A stretch of DNA of 64,000 nt from Candidatus Multivoradales bacterium (GTDB lineage: Bacteria > Acidobacteriota > Thermoanaerobaculia > Multivoradales > Multivoraceae), in NCBI GenBank assembly GCA_965223325.1, contig CBDCWI010000001.1, forward strand, positions 1,504,001 to 1,568,000, in the 5' to 3' direction. The position numbers and the translations under genes were made by a program. A model generated the notes under the pieces. The model did not search any database. It worked only from the letters and a program-made list of their open reading frames with translations, and was not told the origin of the DNA. Numbering within the stretch: the stretch's first letter is position 1; each line of letters starts with the position of its first letter. Positions 10,337 to 20,283 of the stretch are shown here, piece by piece.

Positions 10337-11233
10337 GTGGCGGAGAACGACATACCGGAAGGCCTGCCGAACCGCGAGGCCGCGGCACCCGAGGCCGTAG
10401 CGCAACGTGCCCTGGAAACAGGCGGCGGGCCACGTCCGTCTGGCTCGATGAGCACCGAGCCGACCGTCACCCGGCTGACGCTCTATGCCCTTTCGAGCGC
10501 CGTGTGCGCCGTCATCCCGATTCCTTTTCTCGATTCGCACCTCTTGCGACGCGTGCGTCGCCGCATGGTGCGCGAGATCGCCACCGATAGCGGTGTGGCT
10601 CTCAACGAACCCGAGGTGCGACACCTCTCGGGCACCGATAGCACGTCGCCCCTGGGCTGCGTCTTCGGAGTCCTGATCGGCAGCTTCTTCAAGCTCGTGT
10701 ACCAGATCGTCCGCCGCGTCTTTCGCACCATCATGTTCTGGCTGATGGTCAAAGACGCCGCCGATGCGGCCTCGAAGACGTTTCACGAAGGTTTTCTCGT
10801 GGGTGCGGGAATGGAGTCGCTGGCGGCCTGGAAGAAGTCCAGCGAGTCGATTCAGGTCCCGGCTGCCACCGCTACCGCAACCACCACTGCCACCACCACC
10901 GAAACCCAGGTCATCGATCTCGTGTCGCAGGAAGTGCGCTGGCTCCGCCACGTCATCGACAGAACCACCAGGGACGCCGACACGCGGGTCATCCAAGGAA
11001 CCATCCGCGGCGTCCTGCGCGGCAGCCGTAGCCTCCTGGCAAAAGCCGCCAGACCCTTCGCCCGCCGCGCCCGCCTCAACGAAAAGAGCGATCCGACCTC
11101 CGAGCCAGCCCCTGAACAAGTCGCCGAACTCGCTCCCGACCTCGTCGACGCCATGACCAGCGCCCTCCTACGCGAAAAGCGCTACCTCGACGACCTCGAA
11201 CGCCACTTCCTCGACTACCTACACCCCACCTGA
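10337..11233 (+). CDS. Hypothetical membrane-associated protein (DUF697/EcsC-like N-terminus)
   Basis: CAVIPIPFLD...RRRMVREIA pattern; Thr/Ala linker; GC3-rich coding. Confidence 0.55.
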   Translation: MAENDIPEGLPNREAAAPEAVAQRALETGGGPRPSGSMSTEPTVTRLTLYALSSAVCAVIPIPFLDSHLLRRVRRRMVREIATDSGVALNEPEVRHLSGTDSTSPLGCVFGVLIGSFFKLVYQIVRRVFRTIMFWLMVKDAADAASKTFHEGFLVGAGMESLAAWKKSSESIQVPAATATATTTATTTETQVIDLVSQEVRWLRHVIDRTTRDADTRVIQGTIRGVLRGSRSLLAKAARPFARRARLNEKSDPTSEPAPEQVAELAPDLVDAMTSALLREKRYLDDLERHFLDYLHPT

Positions 11234-11271
11234 CACCCGGGTCCCCACCCGGGTCCCCCCACCCGGGTCCC
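11234..11271. repeat. 3x CACCCGGGTCCC short direct repeat
   Basis: Copies at 11234, 11246 and 11260, immediately after a stop codon. Confidence 0.75.
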
Positions 11272-11280
11272 TGCCCGGGA

Positions 11281-12264
11281 ATGGGGGGTGGGGCTAGACT
11301 GTTCTCCTGTGCGACTTATGTTGATTGTAAAGGTTGTAAAACTCGATATACTTGGATTCTTGTGTTGAGAGGAGTTCTGCATCCATCACGGTTTGTCGAA
11401 CGCGTCCGCCGTCGCGTCGAAAGGCCGTACCGAAGGCGCCGACTGACGCCTGAGTCTGCCCATGCCGGGGTCGACGACAAACCGCATGCTGCGTTGCGCC
11501 TCATCACCTGGAACCTGGCGCACGGCCGCGGTCCGCGACAGACCCACTTTCGCCGTCGTCGTCTCGAGCGCAATATCGAGAACGTCGCCCGCACGGTTCG
11601 CTGTCTCGAAGCGGACATCGTCGCCCTCCAGGAGGCCGATGGCCCTTCAATCTGGAGTGGCAACTTTGACCACGTCGCCACTCTCGCGGAGCTGGCTGAG
11701 CTCGATGATCACTTTCGCGGCGATCACAATCACTGGGGTTCCGACCGCTTGAACACCGGCACTGCCCTGCTCGCGCGCCATCCCCTCCTCGAGCCGCTCT
11801 CGCACCGTTTTGGTGAGAACTGGCGCGATACCAAGGGTTTTGTCGTCGCGACGATCGAAGTGCCGCAATGGCACGGGCATCCGCTCGACGTCGTCTCGGT
11901 TCACCTTGACCCGCTCGTGCCGCGCATCCGGCAGCGACAGATCGCCCAGATGACCGAAGAGCTTTCCGATCGGCAGAACCCCTTGGTTCTTTTGGGTGAT
12001 CTCAACTGTTGCTTCATGACCGAGCCCCAGTCGCTGGATACCCTTGCTGAGGCGCTGTCGCTGGAAGCCTTCCAGCCCGACTCACACTCACCGACCTACC
12101 CGGCCTCGCGCCCGGTTCGACGCCTGGACTGGATTCTGATCTCGAGCGAGCTCGGCTGGGGCGGCTACGGCACCCTCCCGGTCCATCTCTCGGATCATCT
12201 CTTGGTAACCGCCGATCTGGTGCTCGAAGAACAGGCAATGCCCCTGGCGGTCGCCGGCGGCTGA
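11281..12264 (+). CDS. Endonuclease/exonuclease/phosphatase family protein (true start probably downstream, ~11377 or later)
   Basis: ITWNLAHG, DIVALQEAD, SVHLD, LGDLN, RLDWIL, SDHL. Confidence 0.9.
   Translation: MGGGARLFSCATYVDCKGCKTRYTWILVLRGVLHPSRFVERVRRRVERPYRRRRLTPESAHAGVDDKPHAALRLITWNLAHGRGPRQTHFRRRRLERNIENVARTVRCLEADIVALQEADGPSIWSGNFDHVATLAELAELDDHFRGDHNHWGSDRLNTGTALLARHPLLEPLSHRFGENWRDTKGFVVATIEVPQWHGHPLDVVSVHLDPLVPRIRQRQIAQMTEELSDRQNPLVLLGDLNCCFMTEPQSLDTLAEALSLEAFQPDSHSPTYPASRPVRRLDWILISSELGWGGYGTLPVHLSDHLLVTADLVLEEQAMPLAVAGG
11325..11352 (+). promoter_or_regulatory. Possible sigma70 promoter TTGTAA-N16-TATACT
   Basis: AT-rich patch with a TTGTAAA direct repeat at the 5' end of the EEP ORF. 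Confidence 0.35.
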
Positions 12265-12473
12265 GCGCGGTCCTCTCCGGAGGTGATTCGGGCCCAGGGC
12301 CGCCCGCTCGCCGCCCCCTTTTGCCCCGAGGCACGATTCCTTCGGGCAAACGACGGCTTGCCGGAGAAGCGCGGCCGAGAAACCGCTCATCCCGGGGCCG
12401 AGCCGATCTGGCCTGGAAACTGCATCCCTGTGCCTGACACCCTAAGGTCTCTCTGCCAATCCGGAACAGTTCT

Positions 12474-14429
12474 TTGATGTTGATCGCTCCCAGGGACTCT
12501 CGCCCTCGCCCGACCACCGCGACCTGCCGAAGGCCCGGACCCGCTGTTCTCCTGGCGGCCTCTCTGCTTCTCGTGGGGTCGCTTCCCGCCACTGCTCAAC
12601 TGGCGGCGACCACCCCGTCACCGATGTGCCAGGTCGACGGCACCGTCTGGGACCTGCTTTATCGCGACGGCGTCTGGTTCGTCGCCGGCAAGTTCGAGTA
12701 CGCGCGACCGGCGGGTGCCGCACCCGGCGTGGGCGAAGTGCTACGCCGCGGCCTTGCGGCCTGCGACGCCCTGACCGGCGCTGTTCTTCCATGGGATGCC
12801 CAGCTGCTCTACACCGCCGCGGCCGACACCGAGGTGCGGTCGCTGTCTCTTTCCCCCGACGGGTCGGTGCTCTACATCGGCGGTCGGTTCACCTGGGTCG
12901 GAGGCAGCGAGGAGATCCGTAAGCACGCAATCTCGGTTGACGCCGACACCGGGGCCTACCGGCCCAGCTGGCGGCCGAGGCCGAACCGCAGGCTCTACGC
13001 GATCCTCGCCTCTCCCGATGGCGAGACGGTCTACCTCGGCGGGGACTTCTTCGAGATCGAGAGCTCGAGTGCCGCCCGCACCCAGGTCGCGGCCGTCGCC
13101 GCCTCGAACGCTCTCGTGGTCCCGAGCTTCGACCCGCTTCTCGAGCGCAACGACGCGGGTACCCCCTGGATCCACGCCCTGGCGCTCTCGGGTGACGGCG
13201 AAACCCTCTACTTCGGCGGCAACTTCGATGAGGTCGACAACCAGGCGCGCAACTCGGTGGCTGCCGTCGATGCCAACACCGGGGCCCTGCAGCCCTTTGC
13301 GCCAGATCTCGAGGACACGAACCCCCTGGACCAGGAAGTGACGGTCGCTGACCTCATCTGGCATGAGGGTTTCATCTACATCTGCGGAGACTGGTGGTTG
13401 ACCGAAGGGATCGGGTCGAACACCGACCAGCGCAACATCAACCGCTTTCGCCCCGACACCAGCCTGGCCGACCGCAGCTGGTGGCCATCGACTGACGGCG
13501 GCGTCCAGGCCTGCGCCCTCGATCCCATTGAGCGTGTCGTGTACGTGGGCGGCCACTTCGATGTCGCCAACGGCATCTCGTCCCCCGACCTCTTTGCCTT
13601 CGACCTCGCTGGCAATGCAGTCCCCGAGTGGCGCCCCGGCACCAACGGAACAGAGGGCGTCTACGGGCTGCGCCTGGGCGCCGGCGCCCTCGCCGTCGGC
13701 GGTCGTTTCACGTCGACGGGTGGCAGCACGGCCGAGAGTGCGGCTCGCTACACCATCGCACGGGAGGCAGCGATGGTCATCGGCAACCCCTCTTCCCCAA
13801 CCCCCGCCGAGGCCACAGCCCGTCGCCGACTGGAGTCCGCTGCCGGCTTCGCGGTCAGTCTGCTCGACGACGATGGAACGTTCGCCAGCGACCTCAACGC
13901 CTTCGACCTTGGCCTGGTGAGCGCAAGCGCCACGAGTAGCGGTCTCGGCAACCGACTACGAAGCACCACGACGCCCCTCCTGACCTGGAACCCAACGTCC
14001 TATGCCGGCCTCGAGTTGACCGAGGGAGTCGCCGGGCTCGATTTCGGAACGTCGAACACAACCTCGGTCAACGTCACCGCGAACGTCTTGCCCTTCTCTG
14101 GACAGCTCTTCGGAACCACCGCCATGCTCGATTCTGCCCGCGACCTCGGCTGGGGGGAACCCGCAGGGGCCCTGGTCGCAGCGCGCGTCAGTGATCACCC
14201 CGCCCTTTTCAGCTTCCTGCCCGGCCAGCCGCTCGCCGACAACTCCCCAGCGGCCAACTGCCGGACGGCCTTTCCGGGGGACGCCACCAGCTTCAACCGC
14301 CACACCGGCGTGGGTTGGCTTCTCTTCGACAGCGCCGTGGCCTGGAGCGCGCGCAGCTGTCAGCGTTGGCTGTTCGGGAATGGCTTCGAGACCGGTACGA
14401 CCGGCGGTTGGAGCACCACCCAGGGCTAG
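12474..14429 (+). CDS. Secreted beta-propeller repeat protein with C-terminal FGNGFETG..GWS tag
   Basis: Signal peptide; repeated LSPDGxxLYxGGxF blades; terminal LFGNGFETGTTGGWS. Confidence 0.75.
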   Translation: MMLIAPRDSRPRPTTATCRRPGPAVLLAASLLLVGSLPATAQLAATTPSPMCQVDGTVWDLLYRDGVWFVAGKFEYARPAGAAPGVGEVLRRGLAACDALTGAVLPWDAQLLYTAAADTEVRSLSLSPDGSVLYIGGRFTWVGGSEEIRKHAISVDADTGAYRPSWRPRPNRRLYAILASPDGETVYLGGDFFEIESSSAARTQVAAVAASNALVVPSFDPLLERNDAGTPWIHALALSGDGETLYFGGNFDEVDNQARNSVAAVDANTGALQPFAPDLEDTNPLDQEVTVADLIWHEGFIYICGDWWLTEGIGSNTDQRNINRFRPDTSLADRSWWPSTDGGVQACALDPIERVVYVGGHFDVANGISSPDLFAFDLAGNAVPEWRPGTNGTEGVYGLRLGAGALAVGGRFTSTGGSTAESAARYTIAREAAMVIGNPSSPTPAEATARRRLESAAGFAVSLLDDDGTFASDLNAFDLGLVSASATSSGLGNRLRSTTTPLLTWNPTSYAGLELTEGVAGLDFGTSNTTSVNVTANVLPFSGQLFGTTAMLDSARDLGWGEPAGALVAARVSDHPALFSFLPGQPLADNSPAANCRTAFPGDATSFNRHTGVGWLLFDSAVAWSARSCQRWLFGNGFETGTTGGWSTTQG

Positions 14430-14569
14430 GAGTCCTCGACGCTGCCGCGCAGCCCGAGGGCCAAGGTGCTGAAGGGTCTTTGCCGACCCACCCGCATCGG
14501 TTGGACCCAGCAAGGAGAAAAGGCGGCAAGCGCTTGGCCTGCCGCCTCCCCCGAACATCGCAGCCGCCG

Positions 14570-15751
14570 CTAGCGCGGCTGCCCGACGACGGAAACGAAA
14601 CTCACACAGCGCCCGGGTGCACCACCCAGGTTGTGGGTCAGCGCGTACTCGGGGTTCTCGATCTGCCGCTCGCCCGCTTCACCGCGGAACTGCAGCCAGC
14701 ACTCGTACATCATGCGAAGCCCCGAAGCCCCGATCGGGTGCCCGAAACTCTTGAGGCCGCCGTCAGGATTGACCGGCTGCGGCCCGGTGAGATCGAAGCG
14801 ACCGTCGAGGGTGTCCTTCCAGGCCTTGCCACGCTCGGAAAACCCGAGGTCCTCCATCAACACCAGCTCGGTGGGCGTGAAGCAATCGTGCACCTCGGCC
14901 ATCGAGATCTGCTCACGCGGATCGGTGATGCCAGCCTGCTTGTAGGCGTCCTTGGCCGACTCGACCACTTCGGTGAAGGTGGTGAAGTCATAGTCCTGGC
15001 GCTTCGGACCCTCGGCCGGACCCGAAACGAAAGACAGTGCCTTGATGAAGATCGGGTTGTCGCTGTACTTGTGGGCATCTTCGGCGCGACAAATGACTGC
15101 CGCAGCCGCACCGTCAGATACGCCCGAGCAGTCCATGATGCCGAGCATGCCCGCAACCTTCGGAGAGGCATTGATCTTCTCCACCGACACTTCCTTCTGG
15201 AACTGCGCCTTCGGGTTGCGCGCACCGTTGTAGTGGTTCTTGTGGGCGATCTTGGTGAGCACGTCGCGCAGGGTGTCGAGATCGACTCCATACTTTTCGG
15301 CATAGGCGGGCGCCAGGAGCGAGAAGTTGGCCGGTGCGGTAGTGCCCGCTTCGGTACCGTCAGAAGGAGGCGCGCTACCGGTCAACCCCGAGAAGCCTGA
15401 GTCCTTCAGCTTCTCGACACCGATGGCCATCACCAGGTCGTAGGCACCGCTGGCCACCGCGTAAGCGGCATTGCGAATTGCCTCGCTCCCCGTGGCACAC
15501 ATGTTCTCGACATGAGTCACCGGCTTGTACTGGATCTTGAGCGGGTCCGTGAGCATCAGGCCCGAAATACCGCTCGACAGCGTTCCAAGCCAGTAGGCAT
15601 CGACCTGGCCGGCTTCGACTCCCGCCGAGGCGTAGGCGTCCTGCGCCGCATCGACAAGCAGGTCGGCAGCGCTGCGGTCCCAGTGCTCTCCAAACTTCGT
15701 ACAGCCCATGCCAACGATTGCGACGCGATCGCAAATTCCATTACTACTCAT
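14570..15751 (-). CDS. SCP2/PhlC-type thiolase (acetyl-CoA acyltransferase)
   Basis: ENMCATG catalytic Cys; EVHDCF; NPDGGLKSFGHPIGASG; THNLGG. Confidence 0.93.
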   Translation of the reverse strand: MSSNGICDRVAIVGMGCTKFGEHWDRSAADLLVDAAQDAYASAGVEAGQVDAYWLGTLSSGISGLMLTDPLKIQYKPVTHVENMCATGSEAIRNAAYAVASGAYDLVMAIGVEKLKDSGFSGLTGSAPPSDGTEAGTTAPANFSLLAPAYAEKYGVDLDTLRDVLTKIAHKNHYNGARNPKAQFQKEVSVEKINASPKVAGMLGIMDCSGVSDGAAAAVICRAEDAHKYSDNPIFIKALSFVSGPAEGPKRQDYDFTTFTEVVESAKDAYKQAGITDPREQISMAEVHDCFTPTELVLMEDLGFSERGKAWKDTLDGRFDLTGPQPVNPDGGLKSFGHPIGASGLRMMYECWLQFRGEAGERQIENPEYALTHNLGGAPGRCVSFVSVVGQPR

Positions 15752-15991
15752 AAGAAAAGAGTCCTCTCATGGTTGAAGCCCCGTTGGTTCGTGAGGAGCT
15801 TCTCGTTTCGTTGGCCGCCCGTCGCGCCGTGCGGGGTTTCCGCGCGACGACCCGGCAGCGTATGGGAGCGACCGTTTGAAGAGTCGGTCGGTAGCGACCC
15901 TGGTCGGGCCATCTGTCTAACGGAGACCGGTACTCCGGTTCCCAGGTTGATTCTATCCATGCGCGATGAAACGCCTTGGCCAGGCCTGACA

Positions 15992-17383
15992 TCACCCCTT
16001 GCGCTGCGGCCGCGCCTTCCAGAAGTAGTTGTGCACTCCATCTGCGGTGTGGAACAAACGAAAGGTCATCTCGAGCTCGTCGCCGATCGCGACCTTCTCG
16101 GGATCGACATCGGTGAGCTGGCAGATGTAGCGCCCAGAATCCTCGAAGTCGAGCACAGCAGCAACCACCGGCGGCTGAAGCGAGTACGCCAGTCGATCAA
16201 GGGTATAGGTGGCGATTCGACAGGCCGCATCGGCGAACGGCGCTGGCTCCATCTCGTCGACCTTCTGGCACTGAACGCAGACGCGTTGCGGCGGCAGCTG
16301 CGCGGCCCCACAGGCGGTACAGCGAGATCCCACAAAGGCGTACTTCCAGCGCTCGGAGCGCGCCATCGGCGGAGCGGCGGGACGTTCCGGATCAGGACGG
16401 CGAGGTGGTTCGAAGGCGAGGACCCCGCGCCACTTCAAGTAGGTGGTGTAGGCAATGTCGTTGCGCTTGGCCTTGACCCAGTCATCCACAGAATGGCGCG
16501 GGCGTTGTGAGGCGATTCTGTCGGTCACCTCGAGCACCACCGCGTCCGCTCCGTCTGCGGCACCCAGAACCAGAATCTTCTCACCCGGGTTCGCTTCATC
16601 GAGAGCGCCGGCGAGCATCAGTCCAACGTGCGCCGAACCCGTTCGCCCGATGGTGCCGGAGTGGGCGTCGGCAATCTTGTCGGGATCGAGTTTCGACATA
16701 CCGAGCACCGTGCGCACGGCGCGTGCGTTGGTGCCATCCAGCACGACCCGACTGAGCTCTTCGGGTTTGACACCGGCCTCGCGGAGGACCTCTTCGATCA
16801 GTCCGCCGATCAACGGAACGAACACATCGGCGCCGAAGCGTTCCTCCCACTGTTTCGCAAACGGCATGCCGTCGCTCCGCCAGACATCGAGCACCTGCTC
16901 GGTCACCGAAGCGACCGCAACCACACGCGCAAGCGCTTCCTTGTCGGGACCGAACACAAAAGCACAGGCGCCATCTCCTCCAGCGGACTCCCGGCTGCCG
17001 CTGGGAGCACCAACGACAACCTCGCCGGACGCCGCCAGGACCCGGCGCCCGCCGTCTGCCATTGAGGCAGCAGTCAACAGCGACGAGACGCCGGAACGCG
17101 TCGAACCGGCAAGATCGAGAGCCAGCGTTTCGGCCGGCAGGTCCAGCGCCGCGCTGACCGTGGCGGCATTGAGCTTCTCGAGATAGGGGTGCGTGGTGCT
17201 GGCGAAGAGAACGGTATCTGGAGCCGCAGCGTCGCGCACCGCATCACGAGCCGCCTCGACCGCCATCGACACCGAGTCTTCGTCGAAGCTTGCGATCGCT
17301 CGTTCCCCACGCCCACCACCAAACGCCTTACGCTCTAGTCGAAAGAACGGCACATAACTGCCATAGCGCACGATTCCGGCCAC
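15992..17383 (-). CDS. HMG-CoA synthase/FabH-like domain fused to DUF35 Zn-ribbon/OB-fold
   Basis: GIVRYGSYVP, DEDSVSMAVEAA, GGDGACA; C-terminal CTAC...CVQC and OB fold ending YFWKARP; AGGAGG before GTG 17383. Confidence 0.88.
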   Translation of the reverse strand: MAGIVRYGSYVPFFRLERKAFGGGRGERAIASFDEDSVSMAVEAARDAVRDAAAPDTVLFASTTHPYLEKLNAATVSAALDLPAETLALDLAGSTRSGVSSLLTAASMADGGRRVLAASGEVVVGAPSGSRESAGGDGACAFVFGPDKEALARVVAVASVTEQVLDVWRSDGMPFAKQWEERFGADVFVPLIGGLIEEVLREAGVKPEELSRVVLDGTNARAVRTVLGMSKLDPDKIADAHSGTIGRTGSAHVGLMLAGALDEANPGEKILVLGAADGADAVVLEVTDRIASQRPRHSVDDWVKAKRNDIAYTTYLKWRGVLAFEPPRRPDPERPAAPPMARSERWKYAFVGSRCTACGAAQLPPQRVCVQCQKVDEMEPAPFADAACRIATYTLDRLAYSLQPPVVAAVLDFEDSGRYICQLTDVDPEKVAIGDELEMTFRLFHTADGVHNYFWKARPQRKG

Positions 17384-17607
17384 GCTGACCTCCTGACTTG
17401 ATGGCGGGCTTTCCGGAACGCCGCAGTGAGCGTAACGCTCGAGACGCGACGTCCACCCTCGAAACTCTGATGGCTCAACGAGTGCAGGGTACCACGCGTT
17501 CGACCGACCGGACGGTAGGTGCACTCCCCGGATCTAAGTCTCTCCAATTCTGGAACTTACGCCTTGTGCCAAAAGACACAGAAGGCGCAGATTGATAGGA
17601 TCTGCTC

Positions 17608-18996
17608 TTGCTCGCGGCACGGTCGCGGCAGTCCCCTTCCCGATCGCCCTTCCGGTGCGCCCCCGCCCCGCCCGCTACCTGTCTCAGGCCCCGCCTCTTC
17701 ACCGTGTCAAGAACCGACCTCCAGAAATCCTCCCAACCGCGAATCCCATTGTCCGGTGCCTTCCGGCTCCCGTGGACCGAGGGCGGAGGGACCGGCAAGC
17801 GCGCCGAATACCTGCGCTCGATTCACCCGCAGGTGCGCTCGATCGGCCTCGCCGCCGGTGTTCTGATTTGCCTGCTCTTTCTGGCCTGGGCCTTGCTCGA
17901 TTGGATTCTCGAACCCGCACGAGCCGCTGAACTGACGCGCATTCGACTCTTGGGTACCGGCGTCACTCTGGCGGCTCTCATTCTGCTCTATCGACATCCC
18001 TACGCCCGGCGACATCCAGAGCCTTTCGTTTTTGCGGTGATGGTGATTCCGGCGCTCTTCCAGGCCTGGATGGTTCCGCGGGTGGAGTCACTCGATGCCT
18101 ACCTGCTCGGCTACTCGCTGGTGATCTGGATCTCGGCGTTTCTACTGCACTCGAGTTTCCCCTGGGTAGCCTTGATCGTGGCGACCGCTTTGAGCGCCCT
18201 CCCGGTTTCCTACGCGCTGCAGCCCGAGGAGCTGACGCCGCGCGAAGTCTCGGTCGCAGCGTTCTTTCTAATCAGCGCTTCGGCGATCAGTCTCCTGGCC
18301 GCGCTCTTTCGCGACCGCACTTCGTTTCGAGAGTTTCTGACGCGACGCGCCCTGGAGCACGAGCGAGATCGCACCGATCGCCTGCTCGAACAGCTCGAGC
18401 GACTGTCCAACGAAGACCCGCTGACGCGACTGCAGAACCGGCGAGCCTGGGAGCGTGCCTTGCGAGCCGCCTGGACACCTCCCGAAGACGGCACCCACCT
18501 CGCCGTGATGCTGCTCGACCTCGACCACTTCAAAGAGGTCAACGACCGCTACGGCCACGAAGGGGGTGACCGCGCCCTCGCCGCCCTCGGTCAGATCCTG
18601 CGGCGCGTCGCCCCGAAAGAAGCCATGACCGCCCGCCTAGGTGGTGACGAGTTCGGAATTCTTTTGCCCGGCTTCGATCTAGAAGCTGCAGGCCGGGTCG
18701 CCTGTGAGATCGCCGAGAAGGTCGCTGCGCTGCGCATGACACGCCTTCGTGACCTCGAGCTGACGATCTCGGTCGGCGTCGCAACTCTCGAAGCTGGCGA
18801 CCTCGAGCCGGCCGACTTGATGCGCCGTGCCGACGAACAACTCTACGCCGCCAAAGAAACCAGGCAGGCGGTTTGGGGCGGCAATCGACGGCTCGACCGC
18901 GAGGCCTGGTCGAAGACCGCGACCATCCTGCGTCACGAACCCGAGAAGACACCCGCGCCCGCCGCGCCTCCGAAGCCGCCAACGACCGCCGAGTAG
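17608..18996 (+). CDS. Membrane-bound diguanylate cyclase (start uncertain)
   Basis: About 6 TM helices; DPLTRLQNRR, DLDHFKEVNDRYGH, RLGGDEF; no RxxD I-site. Confidence 0.92.
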   Translation: MLAARSRQSPSRSPFRCAPAPPATCLRPRLFTVSRTDLQKSSQPRIPLSGAFRLPWTEGGGTGKRAEYLRSIHPQVRSIGLAAGVLICLLFLAWALLDWILEPARAAELTRIRLLGTGVTLAALILLYRHPYARRHPEPFVFAVMVIPALFQAWMVPRVESLDAYLLGYSLVIWISAFLLHSSFPWVALIVATALSALPVSYALQPEELTPREVSVAAFFLISASAISLLAALFRDRTSFREFLTRRALEHERDRTDRLLEQLERLSNEDPLTRLQNRRAWERALRAAWTPPEDGTHLAVMLLDLDHFKEVNDRYGHEGGDRALAALGQILRRVAPKEAMTARLGGDEFGILLPGFDLEAAGRVACEIAEKVAALRMTRLRDLELTISVGVATLEAGDLEPADLMRRADEQLYAAKETRQAVWGGNRRLDREAWSKTATILRHEPEKTPAPAAPPKPPTTAE

Positions 18997-19003
18997 AGGG
19001 CAC

Positions 19004-19018
19004 TGGTACGGGTACTAG
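19004..19018. mobile_element. Solo end of the 33.4-kb MITE family
   Basis: TGGTACGGGTACTAG vs TGGTACGGGGTACTAG at 33569-33584; lies between convergent stop codons. Confidence 0.45.
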
Positions 19019-20283
19019 CCGTTGGCACGCGCCTCGCGGTTGATCTGCTCGAGCTCGCGCTGGATGCGCTCCATCTCAGCCCTGCGCTTCTCGTTGACGT
19101 CTTTGAACCACTCGGCAAAGTCGACCATCTCCTGATCTTCGGTGACGAAGAAGACGCGCGGAAACTGCTGCACGTCGCCACTGTCACGGAACTGGATGGC
19201 GCCGGTCACGCCAGGATAGTTCTTGATCGCGCGCATCCCTTTGACCAGATCTTCGGGGAACAAGGTGCCGCCACCCTTGCCCACCGTGCCTTCGGTGATC
19301 GACGTCGCGACGACCTTCATGGCGTCGTAACCATACGCGGCGTAGAGGTCGGGCGCCTCGCCGTACTTGGCCTGGAAGGCGTCGGCGAAGATCTTCGCCG
19401 GTTTGCCGTCGCCCATGTCGAGAGCGGTCTGGGTGTAGTAGACCGACTTGGCCGCCGTACCCGCTTCGGCCAGCACCGCCGGTGTGGCGAGTGCCGAAGT
19501 GGTCAGAATTCGACCGTCACGATCGTCGAAGCCGCTGCCGCGCAGGGCGAGGATGGCGTCGGCAAGCGAGCTACCGCGAGCGACCAGGTAAAGCGCCTTC
19601 GCGGGTTCACCGCCTTCGGGACCCTCCATCAGCTCCGGGATGACCGAGCCGGCTGCACCGCGCGCGAAGGTCAACTGCGCGACCAGTTCTCCCTGCCAGG
19701 CTTCGGCGAAAGCCGCCGCGCCAGCCGCACCGAAATCAGATTCCTCCGCCATGATCGCGATGCTTTCGAGCTTTAGGGTGTCTTTGGCAAAGCGCGCCAT
19801 CGCAACGGCCTCGGCGTCCGAGTTGGGGTAGATACGCCAGAATTGCCCCGGCGCCGAGCCCGACAACTCGGTGCTCGATGCGCTCGGTGAGATGAGCAGT
19901 TTGTTCGACGCCTTGAGAGGCTCGAGCATCGCCAGGGCCTCAGCACTGGTCACTCCACCAATGACGGCAAAGTTGTCAGCGAACAGCTTCGCGGCTACCT
20001 CGGCTGCCTTGGCAGGATCGCCGCCGGTGTCTTCGGTGACCAGCGTGAAGGTGTGGGCGGCGGCCTCGTCGGCAGCGAGTTCCTCTGCGGCGAGCTGGAT
20101 TCCCTTTTCGATCGACGAACCGTAGACGGCGTAGTCACCCGAGAGCGGCAAGGCGAGGCCGACGCCAACGTTCGGTTTCCCTCCGCCGCCACAGCCTGCC
20201 AGCAAAAGGACCACCGCCGCGAAGGCGAGCGACCCGTAGCCAAGAATGCCGGTGGCTGTCCATGTGGGCTTTCTGGTGATCAT
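19015..20283 (-). CDS. LivJ/K-like (PBP1) ABC substrate-binding lipoprotein
   Basis: Lipobox LLAGC; LPLSGDYAVYG, EDTGGDP, IGGVTS, AAYGYDA, GVTGAIQF. Confidence 0.88.
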   Translation of the reverse strand: MITRKPTWTATGILGYGSLAFAAVVLLLAGCGGGGKPNVGVGLALPLSGDYAVYGSSIEKGIQLAAEELAADEAAAHTFTLVTEDTGGDPAKAAEVAAKLFADNFAVIGGVTSAEALAMLEPLKASNKLLISPSASSTELSGSAPGQFWRIYPNSDAEAVAMARFAKDTLKLESIAIMAEESDFGAAGAAAFAEAWQGELVAQLTFARGAAGSVIPELMEGPEGGEPAKALYLVARGSSLADAILALRGSGFDDRDGRILTTSALATPAVLAEAGTAAKSVYYTQTALDMGDGKPAKIFADAFQAKYGEAPDLYAAYGYDAMKVVATSITEGTVGKGGGTLFPEDLVKGMRAIKNYPGVTGAIQFRDSGDVQQFPRVFFVTEDQEMVDFAEWFKDVNEKRRAEMERIQRELEQINREARANG

